Origin: an uncultured Verrucomicrobiota bacterium
GTDB lineage: Bacteria; Auribacterota; JABMQX01; JAFGEW01
NCBI GenBank assembly: GCA_964550015.1
Contig: CAZJXV010000001.1
Coordinates: 1-43,437, forward strand
Length of the DNA stretch: 43,437 nucleotides
Direction: 5' to 3'
A model generated the notes under the pieces. It searched no databases. It was not told the DNA's origin and saw only the letters and a program-made list of their open reading frames with translations. Below are positions 7,671 to 16,495 of the stretch, piece after piece (the first letter of the stretch is position 1; each line of letters opens with the position of its first letter). Made by a program: the position numbers and the translations under genes.

Positions 7671-7822
7671 GTGATTTCGCGCTCTTCGGGTGCCATGCGC
7701 GAGGCGGGACGGCGTCCTGCACAGAGGCCCGGAGCAGGCGGCGGCAAAGCCCTTGGCGGGGCGGGGGGTGTGTGCGATACTTCGACGAGGATGTGCAGAC
7801 ACGGATGTTCGGAGGGGTTTCG

Positions 7823-10525
7823 ATGAAGCTCTTGGTTGCCGCTGTTGTGGTTGCGCTGGTCGTTCCATGGCCGGGACTTGCCGCTGAGGAGTCTGCCGGT
7901 GGGGCGCTGCCGGACCTCGATGTGACGCATATCAGCCGGACGCCGCGGTACCCGGCCTACGAGGTGGATTACCCGAAGGAAGGCGAACTGCGGCGGATCG
8001 CGCAGCTCAAGCCCGGCACGCAGAACGACAAGCGCTGGCCCGACAAGGGGGAGCGCGTGACGTTCACGGCGCACGTGGTCAACAAGGGGTCCGCTAGAGC
8101 GCCGGAGTTCGGCTACGTGTGGAGGCTCGACGGCAAGGAGATCGGCCGCGGCACGCTGGGGCCGGTCAAGCCGGGCGAAACGGCGACGGCCGAAACCACG
8201 TGGGCGTGGGCGATGCGGCGGCACACGATCGAGTTCGTGGCCGACCCGGACAACGCGGTGGCGGAGACCTTTGAGATCAACAACGCGCGCAAGGACTTCA
8301 CCGAGGCGTTCGCCTTCCTCATGGGCGTGCACCGGACGACGTACGAGTCGTTCAACGCGAACGCGAACGTGGCGGGGACGTATTCGTTCGAGGATTGGGT
8401 GCAGTTCCACGTGGACTACATGAACATGCTGTTCGAGCACTCGCGCTCCGAGCTGGCGCCGCACGGGATGCTCGATCGGATCCGGGCCGATGCGTTCGTG
8501 GTTGTCGAGAACGTCGAGGAGAAGAACGCGATCTGGACGGGCGAGCATGAGTGGTGCGCGGTCAAGGGCGGCACGCACCGGCAGGGCTTCGACGGCGGGT
8601 GGTACTTCGGCGAGCGGGCGGACTGCTCGAAGTGGGCGGCCGAGCCGGACTGGGGCCTGCTGCACGAGTGGGGCCACCAGCTCGGCATGATTGACAACTA
8701 CCAGCTCAACGTCGAGTGCTGGGGCAACACGGTGCGCGAGCTCGACGGCGCACGGGTGCGCATCGGCCACGACTTCCGTGATCAGGAAAAGATGATGCAC
8801 TGGCACGGGCCGAACCTGTTCCACGAGGCGACGGTCGTGGGCATGAACGCGCAGCACCACCGGCGGCGGGGCTTCTACGGCGACTACCTCTACGCGGTGC
8901 CGGAGACGAACATCCTGCGCGTGCTCGACCGCAAGGGGCGGCCGGTGCCGTACGCGGGGATCAAGGTCTATCAGTGGGAGAAGTTCAAGCGCGCCGAGGG
9001 GACGCGCATGAGCCCGGAGCCGGTCGCCACGGGCACGACGGACGCGAACGGCGAGTTCGTGCTGCCGAACCGGCCGTGCCCGACGTTCACGACCGAGCGG
9101 GGCTTTACGATCAGGCCGAACCCGTTCGGGCGGATAGACATGGTGGGCTTCAACGGGCTGCTGCTGGTGCGCGTGCACGCGCGACGGCAGACCGACTACC
9201 TGTGGATGGAAATCTTCGACTTCACGCGGCAGTACCACCTGGGCAACACGGACGTGGCCATCCACGAGCTCAAGACGTGGCTGCCCCGGCACAGCGCGCC
9301 GGTGTGCCAGATCGAGCTCACGGGCGAAACGAAGGGCAAGACCGTGCAGCTCGAGTGGAAGCACGGGCGCTCGCACGACATCGTGGGCTACAACGTGTAT
9401 CGCGGCACGAGCGCCGACTACGGCTACACGCGCGTGGCGTCGAACGTGCGCGACTTCAAGTGGACGGACAACCTGCTGCAGGTGAACCCGTACTTCTCGA
9501 AGACGTACCGGTACGTGGTAACGGCGGTGAGCGCCGACGGCCGGGAGTCGGCGTTCTCGACGAGCTACACGACGCCGATCCTCGAAGACGTGCACGGGGT
9601 GGCCGTGGACTCGGCCGACCGGCGGATCGTGGCGGACGCCTACTACTTCCACATCCTCGCGCACGAGCCGGAGGGGAGCTGGGCGTTTCTGAGCGACACG
9701 TTCTGGGGCGGCCACGGCGTGATCCAGCGCACGGGGGCGCAACTGCTGCCCGAGGACGTGGCGGTGGACAGCCAGGACCGGATCATCGCGCTCAATGCGC
9801 CGGACAAGTGGAACAAGCTGACGGGGTTCACGATCTTCGACAGCGACGGCGGATGGATCGCTACGGTCGGCGCGCCGCCCGAGGGCGACGACGACGCCCA
9901 GGACGGCGCGGATGACCCGCAGGACGGCGAAGGCGAGTTCAAAGAGCCGAAGGGGATCGCCGTCGGGCCCGGCGACGTGATCGTCGTGGCGGACACGGGC
10001 AACCACCGCGTGCAGGTCTTCGACCGGGACGGCACGTTCGTGCGGATGTTCGGCACGCAGGGCGACGGCGACGGCCAGCTCGAGTCGCCGGAGGGGGTGG
10101 GCGTGGCCGCGGACGGCACGATCTATGTGGCCGACACCGGCAACGACCGGGTGCAGACGTTCACACCCGAGGGCGGGTTCATCGAGGTGCTGCGCGACTT
10201 CTCGATGCAGCCGAAGAAAGACGCCGACGGCAATGAGACAGGCGAGGAGGAGAAGGTGTACGCCGACCTGGCGTTGGCGGCGCCGGCTGATGTGCACGTC
10301 GGCCCGGACGGCACGCTGTACATCGCGCAGAAGGGGAACAACACGGTCCTCGTCGTGCCGAAGGGCGATATGATCAAGAAGTGGACGGTCAACAACGCGG
10401 GCGGCGGGCTCAACACGCCGGTGGGCGTGAGTGTGGACTCGAAGGGCAACATCGTCATTGCCGATTCGGGTAACAAGCGCATTGCCGTGTACAAGGCCGA
10501 GGACCGCGAAGACCTGGAACCGTGA
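7823..10525 (+). CDS. secreted multidomain protein: CARDB-like, HExxH metallopeptidase-like, FN3 and six NHL-type repeats
   Basis: ATG 7823 follows GGAGGGG. Signal peptide MKLLVAAVVVALVVPWPGLAAE. A CARDB-like segment reads VTFTAHVVNKGSARAPEFGYVWRLDGKEIGRG...ETTWAW. The zinc motif is LLHEWGHQLGMIDNY. An FN3-like segment reads VQLEWKHGRSHDIVGYNVYRG...YRYVVTAVSADGRES. NHL-type repeats include PKGIAVGPGDVIVVADTGNHRVQVFD, PEGVGVAADGTIYVADTGNDRVQTF and PVGVSVDSKGNIVIADSGNKRIAVY. Confidence 0.85.
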   Translation: MKLLVAAVVVALVVPWPGLAAEESAGGALPDLDVTHISRTPRYPAYEVDYPKEGELRRIAQLKPGTQNDKRWPDKGERVTFTAHVVNKGSARAPEFGYVWRLDGKEIGRGTLGPVKPGETATAETTWAWAMRRHTIEFVADPDNAVAETFEINNARKDFTEAFAFLMGVHRTTYESFNANANVAGTYSFEDWVQFHVDYMNMLFEHSRSELAPHGMLDRIRADAFVVVENVEEKNAIWTGEHEWCAVKGGTHRQGFDGGWYFGERADCSKWAAEPDWGLLHEWGHQLGMIDNYQLNVECWGNTVRELDGARVRIGHDFRDQEKMMHWHGPNLFHEATVVGMNAQHHRRRGFYGDYLYAVPETNILRVLDRKGRPVPYAGIKVYQWEKFKRAEGTRMSPEPVATGTTDANGEFVLPNRPCPTFTTERGFTIRPNPFGRIDMVGFNGLLLVRVHARRQTDYLWMEIFDFTRQYHLGNTDVAIHELKTWLPRHSAPVCQIELTGETKGKTVQLEWKHGRSHDIVGYNVYRGTSADYGYTRVASNVRDFKWTDNLLQVNPYFSKTYRYVVTAVSADGRESAFSTSYTTPILEDVHGVAVDSADRRIVADAYYFHILAHEPEGSWAFLSDTFWGGHGVIQRTGAQLLPEDVAVDSQDRIIALNAPDKWNKLTGFTIFDSDGGWIATVGAPPEGDDDAQDGADDPQDGEGEFKEPKGIAVGPGDVIVVADTGNHRVQVFDRDGTFVRMFGTQGDGDGQLESPEGVGVAADGTIYVADTGNDRVQTFTPEGGFIEVLRDFSMQPKKDADGNETGEEEKVYADLALAAPADVHVGPDGTLYIAQKGNNTVLVVPKGDMIKKWTVNNAGGGLNTPVGVSVDSKGNIVIADSGNKRIAVYKAEDREDLEP

Positions 10526-11865
10526 ACGCACCCGACGCGACTCCTGCCGACCTGCGCACGAACGCGGAGATGATCGTGCGCACGCTGCGCGCCGCCGGCC
10601 ACGAGGCGTACTTCGCCGGCGGCTGCGTGCGCGATCTTGTCATGGAGCTTTCGCCGCACGATTACGACGTGACGACCTCGGCGCGGCCCGAAGACGTCAT
10701 GGCGCTCTTCGAGCGGACGGTGCCGGTGGGCGCGGCGTTCGGGGTGGTCCTGGTGATCGTGGGCGGGCGCGAGTACGAGGTGGCGACGTTCCGCACGGAG
10801 GGGGCGTACTCGGACGGCCGGCACCCGGACCGCGTGGCGTTTGCCACGGCCGAGGAGGACGTCAAGCGGCGCGACTTCACGATCAACGGCCTGCTCTATG
10901 ATCCCACGACGGCGGAGGTCATTGACTATGTCGGCGGCCGGGCGGACATCGAGCGGGGCATCGTCCGCACGATCGGCGACCCGGACGAGCGGTTCGCCGA
11001 GGACCGGCTGCGGTTGATTCGGGCCGTACGCTTCGCAGCGCGGTTCGGCTTCGAGATCGAGGCCGCAACGCGCGCGGCGCTCACGCGGCTGGCGCCGACG
11101 GTCACGTCGGTAAGCTGGGAGCGGATCCGCGACGAGCTGGTCAAGATGCTCACGGGCCCGAACCGGGGCGCGGCGCTGCGGCTGCTCGAGGAGACGGGGC
11201 TGCTCGCGGCCGTGCTGCCGGAGGTCGCGGCGATGGTCGGCGTCGAGCAGCCGCCGGCCTTCCATCCGGAGGGGGACGTGTTCGGGCACACGGCGCTCAC
11301 GCTCGACGCGCTCGAGGCGCCGACGCCCGTGCGGGCCTTGGGCGCGCTGCTGCACGACGTGGGCAAGCCGCCGACGTTTTCGGAGACGGACCGCATCCGG
11401 TTCAACAACCACGATGCCGTGGGCGCGGAACTGGCCGACGCGGTGTGCAAGCGGCTGCGGCTCTCGACCGACGTGCGGCGGCAGGTCGTCGAGATCGTCC
11501 GGAATCACATGCGGTTCATGCACGCGCCGGAGATGCGCGAGAGCAAGCTGAAGCGCCTGCTGCGGCGCGAGACGTTCGCCGACGAGCTCGCCGTGCACAA
11601 GGCCGACTGCCTGGCGAGCCACGGCGACATGACGGTGTACGACTACCTTGTCCAGAAGCAGGCTGAGCTCCCGGCCGAGGTTATCAAGCCGGCGCCGCTG
11701 GTGACAGGAGACGATCTGATCGCGGCGGGCTACGAGCCGGGGCCGCTTTTCGGCGAGATCCTCACGGCGGTCGAGGACCTGCAGCTCGAGGGGAAGCTGA
11801 CGGCGCGCGACGAGGCGCTCGCGTGGGTGGCGAAGAACTACCCGCTGGAGAAGCTACCCGAGTAG
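10522..11865 (+). CDS. cca: CCA-adding tRNA nucleotidyltransferase / poly(A) polymerase family with an HD domain
   Basis: Diagnostic segments are YFAGGCVRDLVMELSPHDYDVTTSARPEDV, EVATFRTEGAYSDGRHPDRVAFATAEEDVKRRDFTINGLLYD and an HD region LLHDVGKP. GTG 10522 overlaps the upstream TGA (GTGA, 10522-10525). Confidence 0.9.
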   Translation: MNAPDATPADLRTNAEMIVRTLRAAGHEAYFAGGCVRDLVMELSPHDYDVTTSARPEDVMALFERTVPVGAAFGVVLVIVGGREYEVATFRTEGAYSDGRHPDRVAFATAEEDVKRRDFTINGLLYDPTTAEVIDYVGGRADIERGIVRTIGDPDERFAEDRLRLIRAVRFAARFGFEIEAATRAALTRLAPTVTSVSWERIRDELVKMLTGPNRGAALRLLEETGLLAAVLPEVAAMVGVEQPPAFHPEGDVFGHTALTLDALEAPTPVRALGALLHDVGKPPTFSETDRIRFNNHDAVGAELADAVCKRLRLSTDVRRQVVEIVRNHMRFMHAPEMRESKLKRLLRRETFADELAVHKADCLASHGDMTVYDYLVQKQAELPAEVIKPAPLVTGDDLIAAGYEPGPLFGEILTAVEDLQLEGKLTARDEALAWVAKNYPLEKLPE

Positions 11866-12002
11866 GACAAGTCGCCGGACTCTGATTTTTCGGTCGGATC
11901 GTGGCACCTTTGTGTGGTAATCTTATTTGCCGAGCGCTCATATCTGTGCGAACGTCATGGCGCTGGCGAGAGAGTTCCTCTGGAGCAGGTGGGAGGTGAG
12001 TC

Positions 12003-12818
12003 GTGAGTGGTCAATGGCGGCGAGCCCGCTTCAAGATCAATCCGCTGAGCATCACTCTGTTCATCATGCTCCTGGTTGTGGTCGGGTCGTGCGTCCTTAT
12101 GCGCTTGCCCGTGGTGCGGCTGCTGGCGGTCGTAGGGGTGTTCACCGTTTCGTGCGCTTTCCTGGTTTACGTTGCCCTTTCGTTCAAGCTGCGTCTGTCC
12201 AATGACGGAATCGAGCTCAGGGCGTTCCTCTCGCCGACGCGCACGCTCCGATGGGACGAAATCCGGTCTTTTTTCGTCACGGATGATTACCGGGTCATTC
12301 TGAAGATTCCCGGTGCGCGGGAACTCGTGGTTGTTCCCGGCACGTATAGCGACCCGGAGCAGGTGGTGCACGATATAGGCCGGTATCTTGGCCAGCCGAG
12401 GTTGCAGGAAACCGACTTCGAGCGGTTTGCTTCGCAGGCCTTGGTTGCGGCAATCATCGCCGCCGCTTGTTCAATTGCTGTAGCCTTGTTCGCCTCCTCG
12501 ATTCCTCTGCTCCTACTCAGCTACACAATTACGTGGGCTGCGGGCCTGGTGCTTGGTTTCCCGCTCGGCGCCTATCTGCTCAAAAAACGGTGCGGCCCTG
12601 CAACGCGGCGGCGGGGGTTTCGCCTCTGGGCGAGCATTATCAGCTGGTGGGGCGGGATGCTAAGCATGACGTTGGGTGCTGCGCTGCCAAGGCTGGTCGG
12701 GCTCGGCCCCGCGCCGGATGTGTCCTTCGTGTGTATCGGGTTGCTGGGGTATGCGGTGGGGTCATTCGGCGTCTTTGCCGCGGTCAGCAAGTTGCGCGCG
12801 CAGATTTGTAGAAGCTGA
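12003..12818 (+). CDS. integral membrane protein with a bacterial PH-like loop domain, function unknown
   Basis: GTG 12003 is preceded by GGGAGG (11991-11996) and a 6-nt spacer. Two N-terminal TM helices are followed by LRLSNDGIELRAFLSPTRTLRWDEIRSFFVTDDYRVILKI (PH/YdbT-like pattern) and then 4-5 more TM helices. By eye, GC looks lower than in neighbouring genes. Confidence 0.6.
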   Translation: MSGQWRRARFKINPLSITLFIMLLVVVGSCVLMRLPVVRLLAVVGVFTVSCAFLVYVALSFKLRLSNDGIELRAFLSPTRTLRWDEIRSFFVTDDYRVILKIPGARELVVVPGTYSDPEQVVHDIGRYLGQPRLQETDFERFASQALVAAIIAAACSIAVALFASSIPLLLLSYTITWAAGLVLGFPLGAYLLKKRCGPATRRRGFRLWASIISWWGGMLSMTLGAALPRLVGLGPAPDVSFVCIGLLGYAVGSFGVFAAVSKLRAQICRS

Positions 12819-12981
12819 CCGGCTTCAGCGCTGGCTCCTTTGCCCGGTGGTGTAGGGAGAGCGGTGGCACCGTCGGTGGTGTAGCGCCGCCGTCCTCGGC
12901 GGCTGTCCCGGGGGCGTCCCGCCCCGTCCACGACATGGCCGCGGCGCCTGCTTCTTCACTGAGGACGGAGAGCGGTGCGCC

Positions 12982-13027
12982 GGCGGGCAGGATGCCCGCC
13001 GGATAGCCGGCAAGATGCCGGCGCTAC
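12982..13027. repeat. REP-like element (GGCAAGATGCC family) between convergent gene ends
   Basis: GGCGGGCAGGATGCCCGCCGGATAGCCGGCAAGATGCCGGCGCTAC. The same motif pair recurs at 22832-22924. Confidence 0.6.
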
Positions 13028-13046
13028 TTCGCGGGGCGGCAGGCCG

Positions 13047-13898
13047 CTACATGCTGAATTGCTCGCCGAGGTAGATCTGGCGTGCGGTGGGGTCGTTGAT
13101 GAGGAACTCGGAGGTGCCGCTGACCTCGACGACGCCTTCGTTGATGATGTAGGCGCGGTCCACGATCGAGAGCGTCTCGCGCACGTTGTGGTCGGTGAGC
13201 AGCACGCCGATGCCGCGGTCGCTCAATTGCCGGATGATCTTCTGCACGTCGAAGACGGCGATGGGGTCCACGCCGCTGAAGGGCTCGTCGAGCATGATGA
13301 AGCTGGGCGCGGTCACGAGCGCGCGGCAGATCTCGAGGCGGCGGCGCTCGCCGCCGGAGAGGGTGTAGGCCTTCTGGCGCGCGAGGTGGGCGATGTCGAG
13401 CTCCTCGAGCAGGCGCCGGCACCGGCGGTGGCGGACGCGCTCGGTCAGGCCGAGGGTCTCGAGGATGGCCATGATGTTCTGCTCGACGGTGAGGGTGCGG
13501 AAGACGGACGGCTCCTGCGAGAGGTAGCCCATGCCGAGTTTGGCGCGCAAGTGCATGGGCATGCGGGTGACATCGCGGCCGGCGAAGTGGACGGCGCCGG
13601 CGTCGGGTCTCACGAGACCCACGATCATGTAGAAGCTGGTGGTCTTGCCGGCGCCGTTCTTGCCGAGCAGGCCGACGATCTCGCCCTTGCCGACGGTGAT
13701 CTTGACCTGGTTGACGACGCGGCGGCCGCCGTAGGACTTGACCAGGCCCTCGGTGCGTAGCAGCAGGCCGTCGGCCTGGGCGGTCTCGGCGGGCGCCGTG
13801 GCGTCGGCGGTCTCGCCCGGGCGGGGTTCCTGTGCCGGCGCATCCGGCGCGCGGCGCACCTCATTCCTCGTCTTCGGTCTCGCTTTCCGAAGCGCCAT
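13047..13898 (-). CDS. lptB: LPS export ABC transporter ATP-binding protein LptB
   Basis: Walker A GKNGAGKTT, signature LSGGERRRLEI, Walker B FIMLDEPFSGVDP and LptB-type C-terminus NDPTARQIYLGEQFSM. The start is uncertain: either ATG 13898, which overlaps the upstream gene, or GTG 13859, which lies 1 nt after the upstream TGA. The ORF-track start at 14021 is too far upstream. Confidence 0.9.
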   Translation of the reverse strand: MALRKARPKTRNEVRRAPDAPAQEPRPGETADATAPAETAQADGLLLRTEGLVKSYGGRRVVNQVKITVGKGEIVGLLGKNGAGKTTSFYMIVGLVRPDAGAVHFAGRDVTRMPMHLRAKLGMGYLSQEPSVFRTLTVEQNIMAILETLGLTERVRHRRCRRLLEELDIAHLARQKAYTLSGGERRRLEICRALVTAPSFIMLDEPFSGVDPIAVFDVQKIIRQLSDRGIGVLLTDHNVRETLSIVDRAYIINEGVVEVSGTSEFLINDPTARQIYLGEQFSM

Positions 13899-14991
13899 TG
13901 TCTTCTGCCTCGTTTTCCTCGTCCGCGGTGAGGCCGCCGAAAAAGCTCTCGCGTGTCTCGCTGAAGTCCTGCACCTCGACGTTGCCGGAGAACTTCGTCT
14001 TGCCGCCGGGATTCCGGTCAATGACGACCGTGTTGGCGAGGACCTGGTGCTTGTCGGTGCCGTCGTCCTTGCGGTAGAGCACGCGGGTTGTATCCGTGCT
14101 CAGCAACGTGATGATGTTGGCGGCGACCTCGTAGATGGCCTTTTCGCACTTGGCCTGCTCGGTCTTCTGGTCGATACGGACGTCGCCGATGCAGGTGATA
14201 CGTTTCATGCCGGTGCGGGAGGGGTCCTGCTGCTTCTCCTCGTCGGTGTAGTACTCGACGATCATCGTGTCGGCCCAGATCGTGCCGGTGTTGTCCACGG
14301 CCTTGACGTCGGTGGTGAAGACGGCCTTGTCCTCGGCGGTGCGGATCTCGAAGTGCTGGGACGTGATGCGCAGGGGCTTCTTCTTCGCGGGCGGCGGGGC
14401 GCCGTCGCCGCCGTTGCCGGTCTCGCCGCTGGAATCGTCCGCCTCCGTATCGCCGGGGCCTGTGCCTGCCTCGTTCCTGATGACATCCACGACGACGTTC
14501 TGATCGAAGAAGGCATCGACGGCGTCGAGGTCGAGGCGCATTCTCTGCGAGCGCACGGTACCCCAGGAGAACTCGACCTGCGTGGGGGCCTCGCCAAAGA
14601 GCGTCCGGGCTTTCTTGTCGAAGAGCACGAGGGGCGAGACGAGTTCGATCGGCTCGTCGGATTCGAGCGTGACGAGCCGGAAGTTGACCATGCGGTCGCA
14701 GTCGCGGTCGAGGGCGTAGGCGAACTCGCCCCGGGCCTCCCAGCGGTAGCGGTTGATCTCGCCGGGGATCGGCAGTTTCGTGACGAAGTGCCAGCGGGTG
14801 ATCTGGGGCCAGGCGAAGTAGGGGTCGCGCTTTTGCTGGGGCTGGCGCTCGGTGCCGAGCTGCTCGGCGGCGCGCTGGATATCGGCTTCAGACGGGCTGA
14901 GGATGAGGTAGAGGCCCACGAGTGCGGCGGCAACCGCCAGGGCGAGGGCGGCGCCCTTGAGCGTGCGGGCCGTTGTCGGGTCAAGCGTCAT
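13861..14991 (-). CDS. membrane-anchored LptC/LptA (OstA-like) family LPS-transport protein with an acidic C-terminal tail
   Basis: ATG 14991 forms an ATGA overlap with the kdsC stop. TM anchor ALALAVAAALVGLYLIL. The C-terminal half has an OstA-like pattern (ITCIGDVRIDQKTEQAKCEKAIYEVAANIITLLS...VVIDRNPGGKTKFSGNVEV). The tail reads ADEENEAEDNGASESETEDEE. Its position between kdsC and lptB matches the canonical kdsD-kdsC-lptC-lptA-lptB order. Confidence 0.65.
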   Translation of the reverse strand: MTLDPTTARTLKGAALALAVAAALVGLYLILSPSEADIQRAAEQLGTERQPQQKRDPYFAWPQITRWHFVTKLPIPGEINRYRWEARGEFAYALDRDCDRMVNFRLVTLESDEPIELVSPLVLFDKKARTLFGEAPTQVEFSWGTVRSQRMRLDLDAVDAFFDQNVVVDVIRNEAGTGPGDTEADDSSGETGNGGDGAPPPAKKKPLRITSQHFEIRTAEDKAVFTTDVKAVDNTGTIWADTMIVEYYTDEEKQQDPSRTGMKRITCIGDVRIDQKTEQAKCEKAIYEVAANIITLLSTDTTRVLYRKDDGTDKHQVLANTVVIDRNPGGKTKFSGNVEVQDFSETRESFFGGLTADEENEAEDNGASESETEDEE

Positions 14992-15506
14992 GAGGTGGCC
15001 GCCTTTCCGGCCTCGGTGATGCGGGCGATCGTGTCTTCCCACACGCCCTCGTTCTTGAGGATGTGCTCGACGGCTTCGCGCACGGCGCCGCGCCCGCCCG
15101 GGCGGCCCGTGACGAGGCCGGCGGCGGCCTTGACCTCCTCGGCGGCGTCGGCGACGGCGACGGCGAGGCCGGCGCGGGTCATGGCAGGCAGGTCAATCAG
15201 ATCGTCGCCGATGTAGCAGACCTCGTCGTCGCGCAGGCCGAGCTCGTCGCGGAGGTTTTGGTAGGCGGCGCCCTTGTCGGGCACATACTGATAGACGTGC
15301 TCGATGCCGAGTTGTTCCGCGCGGCGGCGGACGGCCTCGGAGCCGGCCGAGGTCATCAGGGCCACGGTCTTTCCAGCGAGCATGGCGAGGCGTAGGCCGA
15401 GGCCGTCGTGGACGTGGAAGCGCTTGGCGTTCTCGCCGGCGTCGCCGACGACGAGGGTGCCGTCGGTCAGCACGCCGTCAACATCCACGATGATGAGCTT
15501 GATCAC
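14988..15506 (-). CDS. kdsC: 3-deoxy-D-manno-octulosonate 8-phosphate phosphatase KdsC (HAD-IIIA)
   Basis: Diagnostic segments are IKLIIVDVDGVLTDG, the catalytic DxD motif, IGDDLIDLPAM and VADA. The likely start is GTG 15506, preceded by GGGAGAG. The ORF-track TTG at 15536 would overlap the kdsD stop. Confidence 0.9.
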   Translation of the reverse strand: MIKLIIVDVDGVLTDGTLVVGDAGENAKRFHVHDGLGLRLAMLAGKTVALMTSAGSEAVRRRAEQLGIEHVYQYVPDKGAAYQNLRDELGLRDDEVCYIGDDLIDLPAMTRAGLAVAVADAAEEVKAAAGLVTGRPGGRGAVREAVEHILKNEGVWEDTIARITEAGKAATS

Positions 15507-15532
15507 GGTTGTCTCTCCCGGTGGCGTGGGGC

Positions 15533-16495
15533 TCAAGCCAGGCCAAGCAGGTCGCGCTCGTCCACGATGCCGATCGGCTTGTTTTCGGGATCCACGACGA
15601 TGAGCGCGCCGATGTCGCGGTCCTTGACGGTGCGCAGGGCCTCGGCCACGAGCACGTCGGGGGTGACCGTCGTGGGGTTACGGGTCATGAACTGGCCGAT
15701 GGGCTTGCGCGGAGCGGCCTCGTCCTTTTCGATCGAGCGGCGCAGGTCCCCGTCGGAAAAGACGCCGACGAGGCGGCCTTTGGCGTCCACAACCGAGACC
15801 GTGCCGGCGTGGGCGCGCGAGACCTCGTGGAGCGCGTCGATGATGAGGGCGTCGTCGCGGACGACGGGGGTGACGTTCTGGCGCCGCATGATGTGGCGGA
15901 TTGTGAGCAGCTTGCGCCCGATGCTGCCGCCGGGGTGGTAAAACGCGTAGTCCTCGGGGCTGAAGCCCTTGCGGCACAGCAGCGCCACGGCCAGCGCGTC
16001 GCCCATGGCCAACGCGGCGGTGGTGCTGGCGGTGGGCACGAGGTTCATGGGGCCCGCCTCGCGTTCGACGGCGACGTTGATGACGATGTCGGAGTGGTTG
16101 GCCAGGGTCGAGTTGCCGTTGCTGGTCATGGCGATGACGCGGGCGCCGATCTTCTTGATGGTCTCGACGAGCATCACGACGCGGAGCACTTCCTCGGTCT
16201 CGCCGCTGTTGGAGAGGGCGATGACGATGTCGTTGCGCACGATCATGCCGAGGTCGCCGTGGAGGGCTTCCTCGGGGTGGACGAAGTAGGCCGGGGTGCC
16301 GGTCGAGGCGAGCGTGGCGGCGATCTTGCGGCCGATGATCCCGGTCTTGCCCATGCCGGTGACGATGACGCGGCCCTGGCACGCGTCGATCATCTTGACG
16401 GCGGTGTCGAACCGATCGTCGAGCTGCGTGGCGAGCCGGCTGATTGCGGCCGCCTCGACCGCGAGCACTTCCTTGGCGATATCTCGATCGCTCAC
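15533..16495 (-). CDS. kdsD: arabinose-5-phosphate isomerase KdsD (SIS plus CBS pair)
   Basis: Diagnostic segments are GRVIVTGMGKTGIIGRKIAATLASTGTPAYFVHPEEALHGDLGMI, ALSNSGET and a C-terminal CBS pair. GTG 16495 overlaps the upstream TGA (GTGA). Confidence 0.92.
   Translation of the reverse strand: MSDRDIAKEVLAVEAAAISRLATQLDDRFDTAVKMIDACQGRVIVTGMGKTGIIGRKIAATLASTGTPAYFVHPEEALHGDLGMIVRNDIVIALSNSGETEEVLRVVMLVETIKKIGARVIAMTSNGNSTLANHSDIVINVAVEREAGPMNLVPTASTTAALAMGDALAVALLCRKGFSPEDYAFYHPGGSIGRKLLTIRHIMRRQNVTPVVRDDALIIDALHEVSRAHAGTVSVVDAKGRLVGVFSDGDLRRSIEKDEAAPRKPIGQFMTRNPTTVTPDVLVAEALRTVKDRDIGALIVVDPENKPIGIVDERDLLGLA

Noticed and set aside
7262-10531. 1089-aa ORF on the minus strand spanning the entire NHL-protein gene
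   Set aside because: It is antisense to a gene with clear domain content. Its translation is R/V/H/P/A-rich with no motifs. Stops in the codon-aligned antisense frame require TTA, CTA or TCA sense codons, which are rare in high-GC genes, so long shadow ORFs are expected.
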